A DNA stretch of 64,000 nucleotides from Hyphochytrium catenoides (taxonomy: Eukaryota > Protista > Hyphochytriomycota): the NCBI GenBank assembly GCA_900088475.1, contig FLMG01001070.1, positions 62,001-126,000 of the forward strand. Direction: 5' to 3'. This document shows, piece after piece, positions 51,108 through 64,000 of this stretch; the stretch's first letter is position 1; each line of letters opens with the position of its first letter. The translations under genes and the position numbers were made by a program. Below the pieces are notes generated by a model, which saw only the letters and a program-made list of their open reading frames with translations, was not told where the DNA came from and did no database searches.

Positions 51108-52652
51108 CTATACAGCTGATCCTGACGCTTCCGGGACCTCAGGAGCCCCTTCCGCCTGAAAGCGAGCAAGAGCGTGCGTTTGCGACTTCGTGGCTTCGTA
51201 TAGGTCCTTGTACACGGCAAAGAGATAATCATAGGTGCGCTGATTTTTAAGGTTGGGCTCTACTCTACGCTCAGTCTGGTTCCAGGGGACATCGGGCGAG
51301 GCCAGGCCTATGGCACAGGCAGCCATCCAAGCGTCACCCAGTGCGGCTCCAATTGTTCTTTGAGGTACTTCTTGTATGCAACCCGTCACGTCTGAGACGA
51401 TCTGAAGCCACAAGGGGCTCTTCGTACCACCTCCTACCGCCACGTAACGTCTCGAAAAGGACTGCCGTTCGCAGGTGCTACGAGCTTGCATGCTGGCCAC
51501 AATGTCTCTAACCCCATAAGCGGTAGCCTCTAAGAGAGCCCGGTAGATGTGTCCTCTGCCATGGTGCAAGGTGAGGCCGCAGAAAACTCCCCTAGCATTG
51601 GGATCAAAAATAGGTGTACGCTCTCCTGCAAAGTAGGGCAGAATCACCAGGCCATCACTTCCCGGCTGTACCTGACTTGCGCTCTGGATAAGCTCCTGGT
51701 AGTCCACAGAGCCTACCAGGTCCCTGAACCAGCTGGTCAAGGCGCCAGATGTGGACATCCCCGCTGCTGACGTGTAGCTATCGGGCGCTGTGCCAGCTGT
51801 AGTCCACCAAATAGGACTGGGAGTGACTTGATGCAGAACTTCGACAAAGAACATAGTGGTTCCATACATAATCATCACATCGCCAGGCTTACAGATACCG
51901 ACGCTAGCTGCCTCTGCCCAGGCGTCAATCGTCCCTGTTAAGACCGGAATGTTCTCCCGTAACCCAGTCTCTTCATTTAATGGACCGCCCACGGTCCGTC
52001 CGATGACTTCGGTCGACCAGTGTAAAGGCGGCAAATCAAGGTTAGGGCAGACAACACTAGACCAACTGAATATCCAGCGGCGGCAATGGATGTCGAACAA
52101 TGGGTCGCATTGGCTCGCCGAGTGCATGTCCAGCACGTATCTCCCTGTAAGCTTCATTACTAGATAGGAACTGGCCATATAGAGCCGCTTAGCCCGTTTC
52201 CAGACCTCCGGCTCGTGTCGAGATATCCAGAGAAGCTTGGGACCCACTGCCTGAGACGACAACGCGGAGCCACATCGATTTAAAATCTCCTCTTGTCCTA
52301 ACTGACGGTTTAGCTCGTCAATCTCTTTGGCTGCGCGAGTGTCCACGCCATAGAGAATGGCTGGCCGAAGAGGCTTATTCGCGTCATCTGTTAGGAGGCA
52401 ACATGGGCCTATACCACTGACGCAGATAGCAGCAATGTTGGCCCCCAGCTCAACCGCCTTGGCGGTAAGATGTTTGCTTATGGCACAAAAGTCCGCCCAC
52501 CAGATCTCCTCGGCATCATGTTCTGCCCATCCAACCTGCGGAGATGACACTTGATGCGGCACTTCATGGGTGGCCAAGATATTCCCTTGCCCGTCAGCCA
52601 GAACTCCTTTTGAAGATGAGGTTCCTATGTCAACTCCTAGTACCGCTTGCAT
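51108..52652 (-). CDS. FGGY-family carbohydrate kinase (xylulokinase-like), intronless, bacterial-type
   Basis: VLGVDIGTSSSKG, GWAEHDAEEIWW, SGIGPC, PAILYGVDTRA, GTIDAWAEA, MYGTTMF, LPYFAGERTP, AVGGGTKS; first ATG at 52652. Confidence 0.92.
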   Translation of the reverse strand: MQAVLGVDIGTSSSKGVLADGQGNILATHEVPHQVSSPQVGWAEHDAEEIWWADFCAISKHLTAKAVELGANIAAICVSGIGPCCLLTDDANKPLRPAILYGVDTRAAKEIDELNRQLGQEEILNRCGSALSSQAVGPKLLWISRHEPEVWKRAKRLYMASSYLVMKLTGRYVLDMHSASQCDPLFDIHCRRWIFSWSSVVCPNLDLPPLHWSTEVIGRTVGGPLNEETGLRENIPVLTGTIDAWAEAASVGICKPGDVMIMYGTTMFFVEVLHQVTPSPIWWTTAGTAPDSYTSAAGMSTSGALTSWFRDLVGSVDYQELIQSASQVQPGSDGLVILPYFAGERTPIFDPNARGVFCGLTLHHGRGHIYRALLEATAYGVRDIVASMQARSTCERQSFSRRYVAVGGGTKSPLWLQIVSDVTGCIQEVPQRTIGAALGDAWMAACAIGLASPDVPWNQTERRVEPNLKNQRTYDYLFAVYKDLYEATKSQTHALARFQAEGAPEVPEASGSAV

Positions 52653-53328
52653 GCTTCGCCTCCAGCCTCGCACTCAGGCCGCAGCACAGGCGTTCTACAT
52701 CAAGGAGTGACACAAAGCATGCAGCGCTGCTTCTGGCCAGTCGGGATGGGAGGCCTCCAGGCTGCCTGATGAGCTTGAAGAGACAGAGCCTTGAGCTGAA
52801 TAATCTGTGATGATAGCTTCTCAGCGCCAGCATCATGCTGAAGATTGGAAAGACCTTTCCTCTCGCAGTACTTGCAGTCTCAACATCTAGCGAATATTCC
52901 CAAAGCTTTCTACCAAAGCTTCACGCAGCAGTACTACTATTGGTATGTGGAATATTTGCATTGAAACAATGGGAGGAGAGATTGCGGTTGGTTTCATGGG
53001 TTGTCTTCACCTCTGTGTCGGTTCGTTCTTCCGCTTCGACCTCGACAGCCTGATTGGCTCCTCCGTCCCGCAGCCTTGCCCTTGCTCAGGTGCCTCACAG
53101 GGACAGCCAAGTGACCAGCTGCGGGCTCAGTGTGAATCTATTTTGCCACAGGCAGACGTAAAGGAGAAGGCATGCATCGCCAAGCTGCTTACACTTTGGT
53201 CGCCCGTCAGGCTTTGTAGAATGAGAGGGATTGCGTAGTTAGGAGAGAGGTCCGCTCTCTCTTTATCAGTGTTGTGTCAGCGTGAGAACTCGAGCTGCCT
53301 TCTGCGCTAGAGGGGCAAAGACTGAGCT

Positions 53329-56300
53329 ATGACTTCAAAAGCGGCACAATCAGAGATGGCAAAGCTGGACGAGCAGCTGAGAAAAATCGACTCGAAGCTC
53401 TTGAAAGACGAGTTTGAGGTGTTACCATTTGCCATTGAGGTGCTTGATGGAGGTAGTCTCTACCATTACATTCTTACCTTCAAGTGAGAAATGCCTAACT
53501 TTTCTCACATGTCCAACAAAAAGAGATCAAAGATGCCGCGCTTCAAGATCTTCTCGCCCAGAAGCAGACCATAGACAATGTTATCAACGGCATCGTCGAC
53601 GGACACTACGCAGAGTTCAACAGCTCCGTCAAGAACTTTACTAGGATCTATGAGAATATCACTGGTAAGAGCCATCAGATGCCATTGGGGTTTTGCAGCA
53701 GCTCTCTCATCAACCAGATAGATACTCATAGCCGAGTCCAAAATCTTCGTGCCATGGTGACGGACGTGAAGAAGCTCTTCACTTCAAAAACTGAGAATCT
53801 GCGGCAGCTTTGGCTGCGGAAGCTGGAGTACGAACATGTAAGAAATGAAGAGAGAGGCATAGGGAGTCCTTCACTGGACACGAAGCTGCGACATGTCCTG
53901 TATGTCTTCCGTCTCGTCTGCCTGTTCCCACCTTTATCTTTAGCGATCACTGCCACTGAGGTGCATAACTGCAGATCCTGAAGATTCTTGAGAAGATAGA
54001 AGACGTCAAGAAAACACCTACCGAGATTGACAATCTCATGGCCCAGAAACGCTATATGAAGGCTGTTTCTCTTCTTACCAAGAGTCTAAAGGAGATCTTT
54101 GAGGACGATTTAGTAGGCATTGAAGCCCTGGGAGATGTGAGGACGAGTCTGATGGAGCGGAAACAGGTTAGAACAGTTGCTACGAACAGAGGCTGTTGGC
54201 ATGGTGACCAGCGCAACTGAGGCTAAGGAAGAGACAGTCTTAAGAAAAATAGACGAAAAGGTAGAGGGAGTAGCAGGGACGCATGAACTATCTGAGACCT
54301 ATGGGAAGAGTGATGTGAGGGTAGGAATACAAAGAAGGAAGAGAGGCAATCTAAATGGCATTCATCGGGACCAAAGACGACTAACCTCCACACCACTAGA
54401 AACTTGAGGATGCGCTAATTGACGAGCTCCAGTACTACGTCTACCGCAAGGTTGGAACTTAAAAATCTTACATGTGTTGGTCTCTTTTGACGCATTCCGA
54501 CCCTCTCTTTAGGTGCTGTTCTTTGGGGCTTCCTCAATCAAGTTGTCTTGCCTTTCTCAGTTGTCTTAGCCCAATTTTGCTTGAGTGCAGCTCTCGCCGA
54601 TGCCATATACTCTATTTACGAACGCCTGTTCACTTACTGATACACGCTTCTATAGAAGAAGCATCCCAAGCTTCTGAACCAGGAGGAGGAGGAGGATTTG
54701 ACTACGGAGATCACTGTTGAGAAGGAGGAAATCGTCATGAAGGCAGAGAATCAGTCCAAGCTCTTTCTCCGCTTCATAGTGGAGGCGCTAGATCGGTGAG
54801 CTCCGTTAACAGTTGGACCCTTCCTATATGGTCCTGGAGCTGCGGATAGCTTTCTCTATGTTGAGCATTTTCTCCAAGTGTAGAGTGGGTATCTGGGCAG
54901 TAACCTTTTGCCGCAAGCTAACATCGTGAATTTTCTTCTGTATACCTTTCCTATTGGTGGAACCCTTTCTTCTGTATATCTCAGTCTTGGTCGAATGGCT
55001 GAGGCTATTAGTGCTATTAAGGAATCCATGACCCATCAGTTGCATCAAGCAATCGTAAGGAAAGTAGCCAAGGCAAAGCCCACGGGTATGACTTCCCGGA
55101 CGGACGGTGTAGGTACGTTTGCTCGTTTTTCTGTGCGTTTCTGGTTTCTTGTGGTTCTCTATGTTTGTTATTCCAGTGTCCCTTATCCGTCCATTAATGT
55201 CTCCTTCTTTCTTTGTTGTCATAATATTATTGACAAATCAAGTCTGCCAGCAATGTCGACTGGGCAATGCTTCAAAATGGCTGGTCGCTCACTCGTTTAT
55301 CTCTCGTTCTATCTTAGCTTCAAGAGGTATTCAGCTGCCATCAGGGACAGAGTTCCTTCTGTTGTTGAACGTAAGCTCTCTGCCCTCAACAAAAGCTTGC
55401 CTATCCTGCCCTAGCAGCTTACTTGACTTCCCTCCCTATCTAACGCTTTTTTTCTGATCATAGAACGTGCTGAAGAGCTACTGTGGCATCCTTAGCAGCC
55501 ACATGACCCTACTGGAGGTCTTCAAGACGCGGTGCAATCCATCCTACTCTTCGAGGGATGTGTGGGGTGTAATGCAGTCAGTCCTACAGGTAGGGAACTG
55601 ATTTGGCGATATTTCCTCATGCGCCCTCAAGGACAAGCCTCATGCTTGGTATCCTTTGCACTCAGTCCATATCTCTCCCGCTGCCCCTAGCCTACATCCC
55701 TGTTCGTTCGCTCTCCATCTTCCCAAAGTTTGACTTACATAAATCTTTTTTTTGCCTAAGTCTTCTCATTGCTGTCACCCTGTAGGTGTCCACTAATCCT
55801 TGTTGATCCCCACGACAGGATTTTCTGTCACAAAATCTAGATGACTCTAGGGCTACCCTCTTATTAAACCACAATCCAACGGGTTCTTTTTCAAAAAGTC
55901 GAGAGAACATCTTCACCTTCAATGTGGACAAGCCACTGGCAGGAACGACAAAAGCGGATCATAGTGCTCTTAGAGTAAAAGGACATTCGCCATCTCCCTA
56001 CCATCTCTGTCAGGTGTACTTCCCCATTGTAGAGTTCACAGAGAAGGTACGTGCCGTCGAGAGTTGACAAGCGACTGCTGAAGTAGAAAGGCCGAGGAAA
56101 GGGAATGCCTGGACCTAAAGGAGACACCAGCTGTTCGTCCCTACGCCTTTGAGTTTCTTCCATTCTTGCCTGTTTGCTTCCTAGGTGGAGGGTTACCCGG
56201 CTAACTTGTTCAGCTATACTTCGATTTTTTCACTTTCGACTCAGTCGAATAGTTCCAAACCCCAAACGCTCACCCGCTTGACCTCGAATCCCGTTTGCAC

Positions 56301-59300
56301 TTCTGGTCTTTCATGAATGTATCTAGGCTTCCCAAATCTTGGAAGATCATAGTCCAAAGGTGGCGCTGGAGAGCTACTTGCAGCAGTTAGTTCACTCCGT
56401 CCTACTACCTCGGCTTAACAGCGATGTGCAGGTACTCGTGCCCAAGGTTTTCTTCCTCTATCTTCTCCTCTACTCCGCGATTCTACACTCCGCTGAGCCT
56501 TCCGCCTCAACACCGCCCGTACCACCCTCTTGCCCTCTGGAGTTATTTATCCTCCTATCTACTCTTCTTCTCCATTCCCATTCTTCCGTTTCTGTAAGGT
56601 ATTTGACGTTCTAGGGCGTCCCTTCTAATAGTCATTCTCCTCCTCGTCCCTAGAAACTGGTAAGCGCTATATTGGAGGACAAAGATGCCTTCTCTATCAC
56701 TCTTCAGGGTGATGAGACTGATCCGCAATGCCGATCCAATCCAATGGTACTACGTTCTTTACCTGTTCCTTGAGTACTCATCTGCTCAAAACGTTTTTTC
56801 TCTCTTTGTATTATCCTCTTTGTCATTTTCAACGCATCGTCTTGCAGCTTGGTTGTTCCAAGCCCACTCGCATGCTTCTGCGGCAGCTGAAGTTTTTGAT
56901 GAAGAGCCTTCCCAAGCATTCCCGGGACATCTTTGTGCTTGCAGAAAAGGCGATCACTTTATGGACAGAGAAGTGCCAGGCAAAGTTTAAGTAAGTTTGC
57001 TCTTTGTTGGTCTATAACTTGCCTTTTATGAATGATATTTGTCCTTGGCATCCTTTGGGTCTTAACATCTTTGCTCTGCGCCCATGTTCTCTTCAGGCGT
57101 CTAAACAGCCACACCTACACAGCTCAATGGATGAAAGTGTGGGGTGACAAGCTCAACCACTTTCTGGCGACCGACCCATTGTATGTTAAGGCAACTGGAA
57201 TTCAGCCGCCCCCGAGCCTAGGCCCCACACCCGGACAGCCTGAAGTAAGGGTCAAACTGGCTCTCTCTCAGATCTTCACTTTCTAGGACCTCTAGGTTAT
57301 ACTCTCTCTAGCTGACTAGCTGTCCCCTTCAGGACCAATCCCCGGAGTCTCGGAAAGAGAAAGAGCGAGTGTTCGAAACAGAGTTCTACGACTTTGATCG
57401 CCTTAACATCACTAAGTCGAACATTATAGCCTCCGCTGGCGCCTGGGAGACATTCGCTGCCATTCACTGCACATGTGACTGGATGGCTCGAGAAGTGTTG
57501 GAGATATATGCGGACGGATCCGAAACAGACACAGAGAGGTGCGACTATACTCTCTCTCCTAGGAGATGAGGGGAATGAAGTTCAGAAAGGGAGGGCAAGG
57601 AGGGACACACAAAGGAAGTGAGAGAATGAAGGAAGAGTACTCGCACGCAGAGAATCTTAGAAAAAGGAGGGGAAAGCAGTAGCAGTCTGGCGTACAGAAA
57701 GAATTAGGGTCGTCAAGAGGAGCTCGCTTCCAAGCGCAAGCGCTCAATGGGGAACGAGGATAGCATGTCTTGTGAAGTTGTAGGGCCTGACAAAGAATAA
57801 TGCAGAACTTTTAGGTTGGAAGCAGCTGAGGGAACGTTTCGCAAGAGCTTTCTATCCTTCTTACCGAGCGCATCCCAGCTACAAGGGGAGCCGCCAACTT
57901 CTGGAGAACCGAAACTCAAGTCCGGTCAGCTCTCACCCTCTGCGGCAGGGAGCCGCAGGTTTTCCCTCTCTCCCACAGCGGTAGCCAACCTAAGACGGCC
58001 AACATTCCTGATGGAAACTATGGGAGATCAGAAGGCAGTAGACGGAAATAATAGAGCCCAAGAGGCGACAGAGAGAGGGGAGAACACGGCTGGGACGCAG
58101 AAGGAGAGTCTTAACGAACCGGCCCATGCTCTATCCAAGCGGTAGGATATATCACTTTTGTCTCGCAACTTCATTTGCCTCTTTTCCATTGTGGCCGAAC
58201 ATTCTTTGGGCTTTCGTCTTCGGCCCCCCCCTCGACAAGCATTTCCTTAACAGAGAGGTCTCAGATGTAGCGCGCTGGGAGACGAGTGTCTCTTTTTCAT
58301 ACGCCAAGAAGTGCGGACACAGGGCTTCTTAACCTTCAAGCACACCAGAGACTGCAGCTATGCCATCTCCCTCCTAGCCGCAGTAGACCCTGAGGTATCA
58401 ACGGACCCACAAAATTGCTCTCAATCTTCCAGTCGTTTTTGCAACCGTCATTGCCTTCAGATCGTGTCCCTTCACTGACGGTCTTTAGTTCCGTCGCGTT
58501 CATCACGATTACTCTTTCGTAAGCTTGTAACTTATATTCTTTAGTCTGTATACTGAAAGAACCACCCGTTGCCTCCACTCCAGCAACATGTTCAAGACTA
58601 CTACCGCCAGCTGGCCCAGATTGATGAGATCATGACATCAAGGCTCCCTCATGCTAAGGTCCGCTTTATCTTCGCAGGCCTTTCTTCGCTTATTCCTTCT
58701 TTGATGGTGCATAGTTTGCGCTTTCTTGCGGGCAGAACTGTAACAAAGGTGAGTCCCAGGGGCTACTATACCCGTGAAGTGTTTAGGGGTTAAGGCTCGG
58801 CTAAGGCTCCTCAAAAGCACAAGATGGAAGGGAAAATAGGGAGATAATGCGTTAGACGTTAAGAATTGGCAGGGTCAAGTGGATGACAGATACGCTTGCA
58901 GGCTGGCGTACAGCAGCTGCTGTGTAATTCTCTGGCGCTCCAGGAGACTGTGGCCAACATACTAACCAACCACGGGGCCAAACTCTCAAATTCATTCGCC
59001 CTTGAGTTCCACCGAACTCGACGGTAATTGCCCCGTGTCTTTCGGTCTCATCCATTCCCTGTCGTTCTACTTACTTGGTCGGTGGACAGTTTGTGAGAAG
59101 CTATATATATTGTTCATCTCCATGCGCTGCTGTATCTTTTATGACTCGAAACTCTTTGTCACCCTAAAAATTTGTTGGATCTCACGACCTTTCTACTGTC
59201 TGCTCTTGATCTTCTGCATTGTACTCTGTTCGGACACCTCTCTCTCTCTCTTGTGCCCAGCTTCCTCCGCCTTTTGGAGTTAAAAGAGGATGAACTGCGA

Positions 59301-59453
59301 GAGTTTATCTCCAGCAACAAGTCGCTCTTCTCCTATGAGGATTACCGGGCCCTGTGGCTTATTGGCACCCCCGACCGCCTGCCCTCTAACGACTCTCTGG
59401 CCAAGTTGGATGCGATATTCCCTGACAAAGCCCCAATCTTTCCAAAGAAGTGA
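53329..59453 (+). CDS. SEC8: Exocyst complex component SEC8/EXOC4 (multi-exon; start uncertain)
   Basis: IDNVINGIVDGHYAEFNSSVKNFTRIYENI, LRQLWLRKLEYEH, ILEKIEDVKKTPTEIDNLMAQKRYMKAV, LVGIEALGDVR, LIDELQYYVY; C-terminal LPHAK, YYTREVF, FSYEDYRALW; some internal exon limits uncertain. Confidence 0.8.
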
Positions 59454-59628
59454 TATTTGCTAACAGAGGTAAGGCGCAAGAAGAAAGGGTCCGACTGCAG
59501 CAACAAGGCTATCTTTCAAACTTCGGGAGAGTCAGGTTGTGGGAGCCATTATAGCGATTCTCCCTGCGATGACTGGAAGCGTGCATTTGTTGTGTCTAGC
59601 CTGCAGGCTGATTCAGCAGCGCCGGCTC

Positions 59629-62012
59629 TCACCACCAAAAGCTCACGGAGAGGCTAAGAGACAGTGAACGGACGTAGTGCCAATAGTTGATGGGCAGAAA
59701 AAGCCTATTGGAGAGTGCACATGACAAGTAAGCACAGAGGGAGAAAGTTGGTCGGACGCAAGAGGGGGTGAAAGGGAGCCACCAGAAACAAGCACTAGGG
59801 TAAGCGAAGAAATGTCAGACCATGTCGAGGGTCTACTCACAGCTCGCCGGGCTTAAGAACGCCTTCGAGGCCTTTGGCCCTCCTAAATCTAGGATAACGA
59901 TCATGGTCAACCGCTTCCACCTTCACCTATGCGTCAGTTAGAGCATTAGGACATTTAGCAGCTATGAGAGCCGAGAGTAAAAGCACTGTTACGTCATGTC
60001 ATGCTACCTGGCTTGTATTACTTAGAATGCCTTCTCTTGGATACATGTCTGCAGATGCCTCGGGAGGATAGAGTCGGATGTACTTCGTTCCGACAACTTG
60101 GCCTAGGATGTTTGAATAGGGATCTTGATGAAGTCTAGACACCGTACCTATGGAATGAACCAGTAGTAATAAGCTTAGAGACTTACAAAGAGAAACAGAC
60201 AAGAGAAAAGAACAGGAAAGAGTCCTTCTAGGGTTCAGACACCTTGCCTGGAGGTCCTAGCCACACGTTCATAGAAACCTCTTCTTCCCCGTCTCCGCAC
60301 TCGACAGAAGTGGCAGCACAGTAGTCAGGGATTGAGATGTCCCTTCGCAGAGCTGGAACCTACATTGAAGGTAATCTCTTTAGAGCGAGAACCGGGCTGA
60401 TGTTGCAGAGCCCATGGAGGAGTCGGACATGACGCCCGGTGGAAAGACTGTCGGAGATTCTAGATAAGAGCCGCTTAGCAGAGTCACCGTCCGAGGAGAA
60501 GACCTGGCACATAAGAGAAATAGACCAATAGTGGAAGCGGTTGCCAAGCAGAGGAGGCCGGTGATGGATACCTGGTCAAACAAAGGATGCTGTGCGAGAT
60601 ATCGAACCTCGGTACCGCCTGCGAGACCGCTGTTAAATTGTGCCATAAGCACCCGGTTCGACTGATCGCTTCCCTTTGACTTGCCTTTCTCTAAAAACTG
60701 CTCGACAAAGTCCTTGAACTTCATGAATTGTAGCCTCCATCCCTCGTCCGCATAGTCCTGACCTATCTGCAGATGCAGGAAATAGTAAGAACCTACGTCC
60801 CTTTTGCTCCTTCCCATTATTCACTATTTCCTCAATACGATGCAAAAGCTGGGACCAACCTCGATAGGAACTGTCCTCAGCCCAGCCACGGTCTTTAGAT
60901 AGCTAAGGTTGGACCAGCACCTGCTTCCATTGTCTGAACCACCCATTGCTGGCCAGAAGTCAATGGCACCAGTTATAATGACCGGCTTTCTAATATGACA
61001 TCGGTGAGCTCTTTTGTTGAGAAGCTGAGAAGGCCGAGAGAAAGGTTAACCCTTACCCCATGGCAAAATAGTTCTGTTGAAATTCAAGCAAGGTGGGGCA
61101 TTCTATGCGAGGTATGGGAGACAGTGTCTTCTCATGTTCTCCATCACTTTCCTCGGTGGTCGACGTGGATCGCAAAGTTTGAACGGCTAGGTCAGCCTCT
61201 TGACCAGCAATACTTTTGCTGGCATCACCGCCAGAAGGAGAGTCACGATGGTGGTCGTCGGCTACCTTACGAAGCCGTTCTTCAAGTATCGTGACTAGAG
61301 GATGGGCGATCCTATGAAAGGGCTGCCCACCAATGATCAGCACCTGCAAGTTCGGGATTTCCAGGTAAGAGAAAGTGGATCCCGAGGCCTAAGAAGGAGC
61401 TTCTAAGGATAGGAGGAAAGTCGAAGCTAGGAGCACCAGAAAGGACAGTGCTGGTAAGGATCAAGCGCCAGCAAGAATGCGACCAAGACGACTGCTGGAG
61501 GAATGACAAGATATTCCAGGCGAGAGATGGTGAGGGAGGAAAACTGAGACGAGGACTCGGCATGGAAGAACGGAGCCATGTATAGAAGAAACGACCACTA
61601 CCAAGTCAAGCTGCCTTAAAGCATCTTCAGGATTCTTCGAAGAGATGGCTGAAGCTTTGTAGACTCCGAACAAGCAATAAAGAGTCCTCCATAGCCCTTT
61701 TACTCGCGCTCTCGGGTCCCCACGGTGCAGAACGTCCCAGCATGCAGCTAGGTGCTCATCAATCTGGTGGAGCACGGATTGGTTCCATCTCCAATCGAGA
61801 CAATCCACAATATTCCTTAGCTGGCTAAAGTTTTCGTCGAAGGAAGCGACGTCGCAGCTTGGGAGTTGCTGAGCGTCGCGCAGCCTTAACTCTAGCTCCT
61901 GTGTTGCTTGTTTTAAGAGTCTTGCAGCTTCACTATCGGGTGCGAAGAGCGGTGGAGATGCCGACGCAGGTTCCTGCTCAAGCTTAGCTCGCTTGCTAGA
62001 TGGGCTTTCCAT
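59629..62012 (-). CDS. JMJD5: JmjC-domain protein JMJD5/KDM8-like (multi-exon)
   Basis: [91 protein letters not shown] (HxD), [24 protein letters not shown]...SVSFWW*. Confidence 0.9.
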
Positions 62013-62629
62013 AGCCTGAGCAACCGGCGGGAGAAGTTACCTTCCCAGAGACCCTATAAGCCCTTGACGACAAGGTACGTGACCTTTCCTAGCCCCTAAC
62101 CTATAGAAGTCGTCCCCGCTTATGAAGGCATGTCGCAGACGAGACTGGCAAACGCATGAAGATGGCAACTTTATTGATTCTGTGGGTAGAACTCTGTCTG
62201 ATACGCAGATACAAGCTCATAAGCTCGTTCTTATCGCCGCTCATAATGCAATAACCAATTTATGATAACCGGTTGTGAGTAGATCCTGCGGATCAATAAT
62301 ACAGCATACCCCTCTAAAGAGAGAGACTTTTGTATGCTTTAGTAAACAGTAATACGCTCCATCTTGGTCACTTCCATAACTGATTTTCTCTATCGATTCT
62401 CTGAGAGTGGTTGCCTCCTATTTGGAGGAGGAGGTCGGAGCCAAAGATTTGTGAGCCTCCACCAGACAAATCTTCATCAAGAAGCCATTAGCTGCTGCCG
62501 ACTCTCAAAGGGATGACGGCAAGCATAGAGAAGGCATTGTACCAGTGCTGAAGATAGGTAGTATTCTGGGCTTCGAAAAGGAGTAAGGGGCTAACCATAG
62601 CTCCTCTCCAACCACGGCTGCTTAGAGCC

Positions 62630-64000
62630 ATGGCATATGATGATGGGATGATGCCCTTCTTCAAGCTCTCCTCTACGCTAAAATCATTCCTTCAGGAGCC
62701 AAAGCGTACCTCTGACATCTCAGACCTCCAAGCTCTCTTAAGGAAGCACTTACCAGACCTCCTTAATCCGCTGCAGTATGCTGGCCTTAATGCTGATGAT
62801 AGAAAGAAGATTCAAAGTGGTAGAGTCACGTTAGGAAACCAGCAGGTGCCAATTCCCGAGAGCATACAAAAGGAAATTCTGGCCATGGCGGACGAGTTGC
62901 AGGTAAGTCCTTGGAAACACACTCTCGCTGTCGAGGACGTCTAAAGCGTATCATTAACTCTGGTGTCTAGCTCAACGAGATGGCATGTCTCCATATATGG
63001 GCCCATGTCAGCGAATCATCCGTCCGACGACACCTGGAGCAGGTGGCCTCTCGCCCCATAGGATCTCTGGGAGACGACATTCCCGCAGCAGCGCGGGAGA
63101 TGCATTACTTTGAGCGAATGTGCCTCCTGGGAACTATCTGTGAGCTCCTTAAAGCAAGAATGGATTTGGTTCTAGTCGAGGCAAAGCAAGAGATTATATC
63201 AAGCTTCGCCAATCAGCTCTTGATCGATGGGCTGCCGCTAAAACTGATGGAGGCTCTAAGAACAACCGTCTCCAAGTTTGGCTCTCAGGATAGAGTTACA
63301 CCTTTTATCATCTCTTCAGGTGAGAATAGGAGGCGTTGTCGATATCGGCGAGGCTCAGCAAGCACACCTAGCAGAACACACTATTTGCAACCTACTGTGA
63401 GGTAGTCTTTGCTAACGCCTTACAAACTTTGCTCAGGTCTCAAACTAGCCGAGTGTCTCTTCTTCCTATATTATAGTGTTCAGATTGAGGCGGAAGAGGT
63501 TAAAACTCTGGTTGGCCTTCTACAGCATGCCTCCTCCTTGGTCTCAAAAACTCAGAACCTAGCAGAGCTCTCCGGTAAGACCGCGGGATACCTAACCCTC
63601 CTCCTTATAGCGATTGTTAGTAGTTTTCCAATCAATAGTGTGCCCGTGAGACCTGTGTTTCCTAGCAGCTAGGCCGGCAGCTTCTTGGGAGTAAAGGCAT
63701 CTATAAGGAGTGCCCTTGCTCTTCTCAGACTTGCGCTTCGCTCGAATGAAAGGGTTGACTCTTCTTTCCTGTCGGCCTCAGGACCTGAAGCAGGCTTTCA
63801 GACCTCCCTTACTAGTGCCCACCCTCCTGGGCGAGTAAGTCAGGGCACTGGTCGACACGATGTGGTGGAGTTGTCGCAAATCCTCTACGTGTTGCAGCTT
63901 AGTGTTCTCTGTTCCTTGGATCAGAACCACGGACTCATAGATAGGAGGACTAACCAAGTAAATCCTATGGGGCCTGGTAATTGGCTTTCGGAGGGGCCGG
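62630..64000 (+). CDS. NUP205: Nucleoporin NUP205/Nup192, 5' part (runs off the window)
   Basis: LLRKHLPDLLNPLQY...DDRKKIQSG, EILAMADELQLNEMACL, AAREMHYFERMCLLGTICELLKAR, LAECLFFLYY, similar to the Nup205 N-terminus. Confidence 0.75.

Overview
Gene-dense, intron-rich eukaryotic nuclear DNA with short GT-AG introns and (GA)n/(CT)n microsatellites. It is probably from a flagellate protist or alga, possibly a stramenopile (inference only). Manual exon stitching gives about 17 protein-coding genes, in order: a truncated IFT144/WDR19-like beta-propeller with a hydrophobic tail, TRM61, dynein light chain DNAL4, MsrB, RPL38, a membrane-anchored double SET/Rubisco-LSMT protein ending in KTEL, PCH2/TRIP13, RFC5, a peroxisomal APH-ACAD fusion (ACAD11/IBR3-like), a RING-H2 protein, ATG101, sterol 24-C-methyltransferase, presequence protease PreP, a secreted class-3 lipase, an intronless bacterial-type FGGY sugar kinase, exocyst SEC8, JMJD5/KDM8 and the 5' part of NUP205. 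No tRNA, rRNA, CRISPR array or intact mobile element was recognised. The most unusual items are (i) the single-propeller IFT144 derivative with a predicted C-terminal membrane anchor, (ii) the tandem-SET protein with type II anchor and ER-retention-like terminus, and (iii) the intronless FGGY kinase, a horizontal transfer candidate. Exon boundaries were read by eye and family calls come from recognised motifs, not from database searches.
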